Shown here one piece after another: positions 12,890 to 23,097 of a stretch of DNA of 64,000 nt. This DNA comes from Octopus sinensis. Its lineage: Eukaryota. Positions within the stretch are counted from its first letter, which is position 1, and the number at the start of each line of letters is the position of its first letter. Both the position numbers and the translations under genes were made by a program. Under the pieces are notes generated by a model. That model was not told the origin of the DNA. It made no database searches and worked only from the letters and a program-made list of their open reading frames with translations. The stretch covers positions 20,584,001 to 20,648,000 of the forward strand of contig NC_043016.1 of NCBI RefSeq assembly GCF_006345805.1, written 5' to 3'.

Positions 12890-13102
12890 AAAAATCATAT
12901 ACATAAACTTCGTTAAACTGACTAACATCAAACTAATCCCTATAGTTCCTATTTAATGAACTGTTAAGTGCATAGATCAGTTTGTTAGCTTATGCTGTTG
13001 AACCCAGACCAGTGTTATGCCATTTATATCTGAACAGATGTTCCATCCGTATCCAGCGCTTTCTTCAAAGATGGTGCAATGTTGAACATTATATCCTTTC
13101 TT

Positions 13103-13517
13103 GGATCTTTTCGGTTTGAACGGCAGTTTTTAACATAATTTCTAGGTAACTAAAATATTTTAAACTTCGTATACGGGTAGAATGTGTTTATATAACATCT
13201 TTTTCTCTTGGCTTTATTGAGAAAATTCTATAGTTTGTAACATATTTGTTTTTTTTTACTTCAGCTTCTTCAATTTCAACCAATCAATGACGTCTATAGA
13301 GGTAAAAAGCATTCTGTGCCGTATGAATATGTCCTTCGTTTAAGAAACAGATTGGGTTTATTTACATTTGTGAAGAAAAAAGATACCCTTCCCCCCACCC
13401 CTAACCCTAACCCTAAAACAGATTGAAATGCAATAGATCGATACTAGGGTCATAATTATGGGTGACAATTTCATATGACACCGCTAGAAAAAACTGCCGT
13501 TCAAACCGAAAAGATCC
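13103..13517. mobile_element. MULE-type MITE, family A (opposite orientation to 6406-6812)
   Basis: Same TIRs and internal sequence; flanked by a ~168-bp direct duplication instead of a short TSD. Confidence 0.9.
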
Positions 13518-13849
13518 AATCCCTATAGTTCCTATTTAATGAACTGTTAAGTGCATAGATCAGTTTGTTAACTTATGCTGTTTAACTCAGACCAGTGTTG
13601 AGCCATTTATATTTGAACAGAGGTTCCATCCGTATCCAGCGCTTACTTCAAAGATGGTGCAATGTTGAACATTATTATATCTTTTCTTTTATAAAGACCG
13701 TTGGGTGTGATTTGAAGAAGCTCTAACTGTATCGGAAATTATGCACTACCGAAGTGAGAACTTGAATATTTGAATTGTTTGTGTGATAGTGACGTAATTA
13801 ATAATCAACGATAAACATTTTTGGGCAGCATGTTACTGTCACTAAATTG

Positions 13850-14005
13850 GGCGTAACTTCGGTATAGGTACCGGATACATTTCAAGAAAGTGTTTTTTTT
13901 TTTTTTATATATATGGGGGTTAGGGATAGGGGTGGGAGAAAAGGGTTTCTGTTATCTTCAGAAATGTAAAAAAAGTCACGTGTGTACTTATACCGAAGGA
14001 TCGCC
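13850..14005. mobile_element. MULE-type MITE, family B (inverted relative to 12706-12889)
   Basis: Same TIRs; 8-bp flanking duplication CTAAATTG. Confidence 0.85.
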
Positions 14006-14305
14006 CTAAATTGAGTATAATTTTTTTTTCTTCTGATTATCTGTTTATTTAACTGGGAACGTAACATATACATTTTACAGCAGTTGATAAATAATAATAT
14101 TTGAGAATTAACGAGTTAAAAAAAAAAACATTTGATCACTGCAACATACTGATATATAATACCACAATTTATAATAGTGAGAACAAATGAAGTTAAGGAA
14201 ATAGCAACTCTTGCGAAATTTACCATAGCGTAAACAAAAACGACATCTAGACTCTGAAAGCTCACTTTTTTTGTTAGATTTGCTGTTCTTTTTTTCTAAT
14301 ATATA

Positions 14306-14537
14306 CATTTCTTTACTACCCACAAGGGGCTAAACACAGAAGGGACAAACAAGGACAGACAAACGAATTTAGTCGATTATATCGCCCCCAGTGCGTAACT
14401 GGTACTTTATTTATCGACCCCGAAAGGATGAAAGGCAAAGTCGACCTCGGCGGGATTTGAACTCAGAACGTAACGGCAGACGAAATACGGCTACACATTT
14501 CGCCCGGCGTGCTAACGTTTCTGCCAGCTCGCCGCCT
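14306..14537 (-). mobile_element. tRNA-derived SINE, family 1 (GGCGGCGAGCTGGCAGAAACG head; Meta-like central domain)
   Basis: Multiple near-identical copies in the window; A/B-box-like head; TSD ~TTTTTCTAATATA. Confidence 0.9.
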
Positions 14538-15829
14538 TATCTTTTTTCTAATATACCGTCAGAAAAAAATGTTCTAGAACAGGGGTCGCCAAGCTTTTTC
14601 GATCATCCTCCCCATAGCCACTTCCGCATCGACCTCTCTCCTCATTTAAAATATTTTAATACCCTCTCCTACCCTACCATATCTTAAATGTGTCCTGGGT
14701 TCTGATGCTGGCAATTAAAATGTTAGCTAAAATTAAGAAATTCTATTGAAGATGACACTTTTTACATTGAAAACTATGTGTACGAATATACAGTATTAAA
14801 CTTTCAATGTTTATGAAATCACTTTCACCGTCAGAAAATATGAAAAGTAGTGCATAATTTCCGATACAGTTAGAGCTTCTTCAAATCACACCCAACTGTC
14901 TTTATAAAAGAAAAGATATAATAATGTTCAACATTGCACCATCTTTGAAGTAAGCGCTGGATACGGATGGAACCTCTGTTCAAATATAAATGGCTCAACA
15001 CTGGTCTGGGTTAAACAGCATAAGCTAACAAACTGATCTATGCACTCATCATATTGCTGGAATATTTTTTTATTGAAATTGACAACATTAATATGAGGGA
15101 TGAGTATGACGCTAAGTATTTCAAATAGTTCATCGGGGTGAGCTGGCCTTTCGCACACCGACCCCCATTCGACCCCTTTGCTACCATTCATCCCCTTTAA
15201 TTCCCCGCCGACCCCTAGGGGATCCCATGTTCTAGAATATTCTGTAAACCATTTGAAAGGAAAATTTAACTGATTGACTGAGGTTACAGTCACACGAGTT
15301 TATTGCCTCCTACCCCAAAGCTGGGAAATATGAATTGATGGTTCAAAACACAGTCATTTCACTACAAAAGAACACAAGTTAGTTCTGTAATGCATATTCT
15401 TTCCATTTTTTCCCCTTTAAGAAGCTTTTAGAAATAACAACCAAAAAATCAAATTTGAATACTTGGAGTGAAACAATTGAATACAACCGTTCTTTAAAAA
15501 TTACGATGTTCATTTTTAGGGAGTGAGTTAAGCAGGGAACATATCTTTCCTATTTTTATTTTATAGACTAATAAACCATTTATTTTACAGAACTATTGGT
15601 GCTTACAGCAATGAACTACACTAGTTCCAAGTTAGTCTATGAGTAGTGGTTAAGTGTGTATCAGTATGTGTTCAGATGAACAAATGCGACAGGCATGTGG
15701 ATGCCTTTGAAGTAAACAAATATATGACATCGATTCATAGTTAAAATAATTAATATTAATCACTGTCATGAATTGTTTCGAGTTAAGTCACAACCTTAGC
15801 GTCATTATATGTTCAGAGAAACACCGTTT

Positions 15830-16498
15830 CGACGAAGAACTACGTGGGCCTTACAGAGGGTAATTTCAAGACCAGGTTCAATAACCACACTTTGAGCTTT
15901 AGGCACTGGAACAAAAGAAAAACGACACAATTATCTAATCATATTTGGTCTTTAAGAGATAAAGATGTCGATTATAACATACATTGGAAGATTTTGGCCA
16001 AATGTAAGCCCTATACCAACGGCAGCGGAAGGTGCGGTCTATGCGACATGGAGAGATGGCTTATCTGGAAAAGCAGCTTAGACCCTACTACATGTCTAAA
16101 CTCAAGGACAGAACTTTTCGAATCATGCCCATATGTGACTAAATTTCTGTTGCGTTTTTGGTCCCCTAAAGAAAACAGATAGAACACGCTTTCTATGTTA
16201 TGTCCCAAGAACGTTTTTTTTTACCTCATCATACCTTCTATCATATATTTTTTATATATTTTTTATGTATTTTTATATAATTTTTTTATGGCGAAAAATG
16301 CGAGTGAAGATGTGTACGTTTACATAGCGATGTATAAGTACGCAGGCAAGCAGAGTTATAACACAGTAACTTCCCTTTGTATAACGGTATTTTTTCATAG
16401 CGTTTTCAAATAGCCAGATAACCGAAGAGATGACGTTGTGGATTCCCACTTCGGCATCTGAAACTCAGAGTTTTATCTTGACTATCGAGTAATGTAAC

Positions 16499-16500
<2 letters not shown>
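15830..16500 (+). mobile_element. Penelope-like element 3' part: GIY-YIG endonuclease, then degenerate hammerhead, then (TA)n
   Basis: YVGLTEGNFKTRFNNH...CGLCDME...LNSRTE; CCGAAGA...TGAAACTCAGAGTT at ~16413-16482. Confidence 0.85.
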
Positions 16501-16572
<72 letters not shown>

Positions 16573-16765
16573 ATATATATATATAAAGTTAATATTAATG
16601 GTTGTTACCACCTAAATGTGGTTGTTCCGTACAGAACAATGTTACTGTTCTTTTTTAACCCAAGGAGGACACCTCCTCCAGCTGGTTAACGGCAGGATAT
16701 GTGTATCCGTTATATTGCAAACAAGGGAGCGAACAACTCACATCTAACGGTGACCAGACCAGCTG

Positions 16766-17440
16766 TGTTGTGAGGTTAGCCTTTGTGACCGGATTTCCCG
16801 ATCACATCTCAGTAAGTATGCAGCAGCTACCGGGTGTCCACCCCATGCCGGTCAGCGTACTCGTGTCATGACTCAGAACAACACACGTGATGTAGTTTGT
16901 ACGATAACGGAGACATCATGACTCAGAACAACGCACGTGATGTAGTTTGTACGATGACGGAGACGAGAACGACAAAGAGGTGAATGGAAACTAACGGGAA
17001 GAAGAATGAGGCGAGAGAAGCTGGGCGAACGACGAAGGGACCATCTTTCAGGTGTCGAGGTCCTCATATAGTCAGAGACTGCACGGCACCGAAACCAGAA
17101 GTGGTGTACTACCGGTGTGACTAGCCTGGACACATTGCTAACCAATGTAAACAGGGAAACGGATAGATAGGAGCTACTGCGCCGGTAGCCACCCCGTCAA
17201 CCGATTAGAAGCGCGCTCGCGGTCACTGCCAATAATAAACGTTCGGGTGGGGTCGAGAGAGGCTCGAGCCCTTGGGGATACCGGTTGCACTACAACCTTG
17301 GTGACTGTAAAAATGGTGACTAGGTGAGGTGGTAATCCACATCTGAGCACAGTAGATGGCAGGAAGGTTAGGTGCAGAGGCGAAAGCGGAATACTGTTGA
17401 TAGTGCAAGGGTCGACAGTGAAGGTTCAGGCGATTGTTTA
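16766..17440 (+). mobile_element. Ty3/Gypsy remnant (LTR-like segment, Gag zinc knuckle, protease)
   Basis: YRCD*PGHIANQC knuckle; SLPIINV...ALGDTGCTTTLV protease, homologous to 28895-29176. Confidence 0.7.
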
Positions 17441-17464
17441 CCTAAAAACAAAATCAAACGGGTT

Positions 17465-17667
17465 GGTACTACTTGAGAACAGTGGTCCCGGTGCGCACTC
17501 TCGCGTAGTCGCGCATCCGCGCTAGCTAGTCGTGACTAGTCGATCCTACAACGACTACCTAGCAAGTAAATAAAACACAAAGTAAGAATCGACTAGTCAT
17601 GACTAGCTAGCGCGGATGCGCGACTACGCGAGTGCGCGCACCGGGACCATTGTTCTCAAGTAGTACC
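17465..17667. mobile_element. Palindromic MULE-type MITE, family C
   Basis: ~85-bp TIRs GGTACTACTTGAGAACA...; no clear TSD on this copy. Confidence 0.85.
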
Positions 17668-17729
17668 TTTCCGGGTGGGTAAAACAGTAGAACACAGCGT
17701 CAACAAGCGGTTTCAGTTGTTGACTGCCA

Positions 17730-17862
17730 TGACACTGCATCCTTTAAGGCCCTCATGCTTTCCGAAATCCGTCGAAACTACACCTGATTATATATACACT
17801 TTAGATGAGTTGTAGTGCACCTGAGCACTGTACACAATGTTTATTATTATTATTATTATTAT
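17730..17862 (+). mobile_element. CR1/L2 3' tail
   Basis: Similar to 6138-6347 (GTGCACCTGAGCACTGTA) with an (ATT)n tail. Confidence 0.7.
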
Positions 17863-18196
17863 TTGTCAACACGCGCTTTCTTGCAGACGAAAGAGTTCTC
17901 ATGTTCGGCTTATTACTACGGAAACAGGCATGAATGTGTCTGTGGCTTACGTTTAGCTAAAATTACCTAAAATTTTCAAACTTTAATAGATAATAACTCT
18001 TTACTTATTGAATTATGATGATCAGCCTATAAAGGTGTATCATTACATTGAGTATGAAATTAATTTGAACAGAAATTGACTTTGACAGCCAAAAAGAAAA
18101 GATCCAGGAAAAGGCCGATATGTAAACTAGCGGGGTATTCCATGTAGAGTTTTCAGTAGCACAGAAAATTTTCGGTAGTTGTAGGTGAGAAAGGCA

Positions 18197-18518
18197 GGTA
18201 CTACTTGAGAACAGCGGTCCCGGTACGCGATCTCGCGTACTCGCGCATCCACGCCAGCTAGTCATGACTAGTCGATCCTTACTTTGTGTTTTTTTTGTGT
18301 TATTTACTTTGTTTAAAAAATTATTTACTTTGTGTTTTTATGTTTTATTTACTTTGTTTAAAGAAAATTATTTACTTTGTATAAAAAAAAAATGATTTAT
18401 TTTGTGTTTTATTTACTTTGGTAGGTAGTCGTTGTAGGATCGACTAGTCACGACTAGCTAGCGTGGATACGCGGTTGCGCGTGTGCGTGCACCGGGACCA
18501 CTGTTCGCTAGTAGTACC
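18197..18518. mobile_element. Palindromic MULE-type MITE, family C
   Basis: Same TIRs; 9-bp TSD AGAAAGGCA; spacer expanded by TTTATTTACTTTG repeats. Confidence 0.88.
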
Positions 18519-18961
18519 AGAAAGGCAAGTGAATGAACTTCATAAGCAGACTGCAGCGTTAGAACTCATATTTAAACAATTCTTATTGCATGCAGACCGT
18601 ATCGTATATAAATTATTCCTGCTTAACACAATACGGTCTTAAGAAATATATGAACGATACATTATTACGTTTCACTATTTCTCTATGATTAGTAATCTTT
18701 TTATCTCCACAGAAGACAAACCAATATTATTATTACAATAATTATTTTATTATTCTTGCTGGTGAAGTTATTAAAAAAAAACACAATTACTAATTGAAGG
18801 GAAATTACTATTTGTCTACTAAACAGAGTAACTTCCCTTAAAATATTATTGATTAATAGCATGAAATTAGAGCAGGCATATTCAAGCTATATTCCAGAAG
18901 TTTTGAGATATTTTTAGGAGAACGAGTTATAAATGTCCTAGATGATTGTAAATTTAGTTTA

Positions 18962-19493
18962 TTTATATATATAAAACTGTAGTTGTGTGAGTGTCTGTCC
19001 CCTTCGATTTAGATTCCTTACTCCCACATTTTGCGGTGCAGTTTAACCAAATTCGGTTATCTTATAGTCGTGATTCAAATCGAGCCCGTCTGAGTATTAG
19101 CGCGCGTCTACGATGAGTCTACGATGAGTCTACGATGAGTCTACGATTTTAAAAATAATTTAACATCATTTTTTATTCCATTTTAATGCATAATTTTTCG
19201 TGTGTCGATGGCGGCGGAGTTGGCGTCCATGGTCACACATGCACCTGTTTGCTTCTCCCCCTTCTTCCCTCCCTCGTGAAGCTGTGGGGAAGGGAGTGTA
19301 AGGAAATCAACGTCGTAATGCGTTGTCAAGGAGACCAGCGTTCTTTTAGAACAACGACTTCATGGCTTGAAGACACCAAAACAGAAATGGCTAAGAAAGC
19401 CCGAATTAGCATCTATAAGGGAAGTAACTCTCTAAAAATGCTTATATAGTTATTTCCCTTGCAAACCCGAGCAACGCCGGGCGATACTGCTAG
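18962..19493 (+). mobile_element. Non-autonomous Helitron
   Basis: 3' hairpin CCCGAGCAACGCCGGG followed by CTAG|T; near-identical to 62956-63486. Confidence 0.85.
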
Positions 19494-19609
19494 TCATTAC
19501 TAAACATTTAATAAGCTGACCTGTCAACTTTTGTTAATCCAGAATGAAGGAGATGGCTGTAACAATATTTTGAATAGCCTACTAAACACTGCTTGTCACA
19601 GCCGACCAG

Positions 19610-19985
19610 ATTGCAGAATGCAGTCGGGACGTTTGGAAGCTCACTAAATAATAAAGTTTCGTGCTTATCTCAGCAAAAACGCTACAGAAACTTATGAAAA
19701 GCTCCAGACTGCTTATGGATTATCTTTTTCGCCAGCACAAGAAGATAAACAAACAGAAGAGAAGAAATCTAATGCTCGTAGCTTAGTTTTTCCTTGGGGC
19801 TGGCCGGATCGGAGCGATCTCAAGATTAATCAGCCGAAATTGCTAGGATGATCCGGTTCTTGACTGAAGATTGAAGGCTTCGAATGTCCCGTCCGTGTTT
19901 TTTGTATCGTCTTCTAAATGTTTTACGTTCTTGTCCCAATTTGTATTTTTCTACATATGACATATATATATATATATATATATAT

Positions 19986-20023
<38 letters not shown>

Positions 20024-20820
20024 TATATATATAATAAATTTAAATGATAAGGGTAAAAAATTAAATATTAATTTGATTAATATAAATTTAAAACCAGTGG
20101 CCTAGCATATTGAAAAATCTGAAGATTCAGAAAAATTTTCAGATTTTTCAATATGCCAGACCACTGGTTTTAAATTGATATTAATCGATCAATTTTTTAC
20201 CGTTATCATTTAAATGTACACACACACACATACAAACACAAACCACGCACAAACATATATATGTATACATACATACATACATACGTACATACATACATAC
20301 ATACATACATACATACAGACGACGAGAAGTGAGGGAGGGAGAGGGATGTCAGAACATCAGACCTGATTGAGAAAATTCACAATTTTCAGGATGAAGATCA
20401 TTGCATGTGTATAAAGATAATAAGTATACAGTTTGGAGTTGGTGTGACGACTATACACAGAATTATTCAAGAAGATCTGAACATGTGCAACATTTGTGCA
20501 AAGTTTGTTCCCAGGTTGCTTTCTGACAAGCATCCTGGTAACCAACAAATGAGCATCAAAACTGTCCCTCATTCTCCACTAAGCCCAGACCTTGCTCCCT
20601 GCGACTTTTGGTTGTTCCCCAAGCTAAAAGAAAAACCTCGAGGACAGTCGTTTTGAAAATAAAGGGTGCTGAACTTCCTTGGAGCCTTCACGAAATGGAT
20701 GGAACACTACAACAAGTGTACTGAAGTCAGAGAATCCTATTTTGAAAGCAATTAAAGTTTTGTACTTCTTTGAGATCAATAAACGTCTCACCTCAAAAAT
20801 GTCTGAAAACACTTGGAATT
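19610..20820 (+). mobile_element. Fragmented mariner transposase remnant, interrupted by microsatellites and a fold-back
   Basis: CAKFVPRLL and PHSPLSPDLAPCDFWLFPKLK motifs at 20405-20656. Confidence 0.75.
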
Positions 20821-21249
20821 AATATTGCATCAATACTCTATCTGTTTGGGACTTTATGTTTATGAGTGAAAGACAGTATTTCTTTTAGTGTTCTGGGGTA
20901 AGAAAGGTTGTAGCTGCAGGATTAGTGGGCAGCTGTCTGTGTGTGTAGTAATAAGCAATGGGAGAGTTAGTATCGCAGCGATTTACTGTGTGCTCCTAGT
21001 ACGACCGGGTGCTTTTTCATTTTGAGCTGTTTTTGTTGCTTAGCCCTAGGTTTAAAACCTAGCAAACCCAGAGGTTCCGTGCAGTAGAAACGGGAACGGA
21101 GTTCACCCCATCACTATTTCAAATATATCCAAATTTAAAATTGCTCAATGTAGTGAAATTTAAATTTCCACACTCAAAATGAATATGAAGCAGATTCATC
21201 ATTTGTTTGCATTCTCGTTATTTCAGCTGACCTACAAAGGTTATACTAG

Positions 21250-21479
21250 TGGCGAACTGGCAGAAACGTTAGCACGCCGGGCGAAATTCGTAGCCGTATT
21301 TCGTCTGCCATTACGTTCTGAGTTCAAATTCTCCCGAGGTCGACTTTGCCTTTCATCCCTTCGGGGTCGATTAAATAAGCACCAGTTATGCACTGGGGTC
21401 GATATAATCGACTTAATCCGTTTGTCTGTCCTTGTTTGTCCCGTCTGTGTTTAGCCCCTTGTGGGTAGTAAAGAAATAG
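21250..21479 (+). mobile_element. SINE family 1
   Basis: Homologous to the other copies. Confidence 0.9.
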
Positions 21480-22840
21480 GTATTTTGTTGATATTTCCTG
21501 TTCCTTGGATTGCAAACGTATCCCTTCAAAGTGGGAGTTAGTAATCTGGTTGTTTGTCCATGATAGAATGTTTTGAAGTACGATGTTACTATCACGCCAG
21601 AACTTTCTATTAACATATCCATGCTTGGTCTTCTGCTGATAAATGCTCATCCTTTCATCTGATGATATATTGCTGTGGAGTTGTGCGACTTTTTTGGTCA
21701 TGTACTCTAGGTTATCAGATAAGAAATGCTGGTCAAAGAGCTACTTTCCAAGTCTCATGATGTTGTCAGCCTCATGTACACAAACTTTATTTCATAAAAT
21801 TTGTCATTACAGACAGTACAAAGATTGTGTAGCTTTGCGGGCTGGACAAATGCATTAATGAATGAAAATGAAATAAAATGAATAAATGAGAGACGAAACC
21901 CAACACCCGCCGATTGGATTTTTCTCGAAAACATATTTTCTTTTTTTTTTTCAAATCAATATGAGGTTTCAAACCTCTTACAAGAAAGAGGCACTAAAAC
22001 CTCTTACTTAACATGTTGTTTCTTTTTAAACACACAATTGAGGTTATAAACCACTACAAATAATACAATAAGATTAGGTTTCAAACCCTCTAACGAGGCT
22101 TTTCATCTCCTACACTTCGATATAACCATCGATATATTCATCATTATCTTCAATGCCGCTTGAGTTCCTGTATCCCATGTACACAAACTTGGTGCTTATA
22201 AGATGTTACCGAAGAGATATGATACGACATTCAAAGTAAATCTGGATTGATGTCAAGCCTCTGTCCCCTTGTTTTCATTATAGCTAGAGGCGATCTACGT
22301 CACTTTTGATGTGGAAATCATGTGATTTGATTAGTATCTTCCGGGTTTTCACATCAATGGCTCGGATCTCATCGAGCGTCCAATCAAGTGGCCCAAATGT
22401 CGGTATGAGTACTGGCACTAGAAGCACATTGTGGGTCAGAGTTTTATTGAATGTAGGGAGTTCCGAGGTCCATATTTTCTTTATTCGGCTGTTATATTCT
22501 TTAGTGACACATGCCTTGTTACAGCTGTCATTGTAATATATGTTTCATCCACCCCAAGGTACCCGTACTCTATATCTAGTTAGATATAGGGGACTCAGTT
22601 AGGTCATTGATGGAGATGTTAGTCTGTTTTACAGTTTTCCTCCTTTTCACAACCATATAGCAACATTTATCCTGCCCAAACTTCAAACCTATATCCTTTG
22701 AGGATGTCGTAACCAGGTCAAGGCTCTTTTCCATCTCATGCATATTGTTTGCATATAGCTTTAAGCCACCCACAAAGAAACAGTGTGTAATTTTGGGGTT
22801 TCTGTTTCCTTGTCAACTAGTGAGATATCCTTCCGGCTTC
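21480..22840 (-). mobile_element. Decayed non-LTR retrotransposon (R4/Dong-like RLE clade)
   Basis: LKLYA...IGLKFGQDKC (RT), YLG, and HGYV...SHFEG...EQEISTKY motifs. Confidence 0.6.
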
Positions 22841-22844
22841 CTTA

Positions 22845-22939
22845 TGTATGTATGTAGTATGTATGTATGTATGTATGTATGTATGTATGTATGTATGTAT
22901 GTATGTATGTATGTATGTATGTATGTATGCATGCATGTA

Positions 22940-22993
<54 letters not shown>
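22845..22993. repeat. Compound (TATG)n(TG)n microsatellite, representative of dozens in the window
   Basis: Direct reading; others include 28165-28305, 35505-35630, 36115-36290, 38415-38553, 43383-43630, 52938-53040, 55465-55650 and 60695-60900. Confidence 0.98.
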
Positions 22994-22995
<2 letters not shown>

Positions 22996-23097
22996 CTCTA
23001 TTTAATCATTAAAATTCTTCCTCTGAAGAAGGAGCTGGTTTCTAACGAAGATACAAAGCTCCATCTTTGGAATGTAGATAATGAAATCAATGTCACA

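Noticed and set aside
13399-13416. Interstitial telomere or chromosome fusion scar
   Set aside because: Only three units, internal to a multi-copy MITE.
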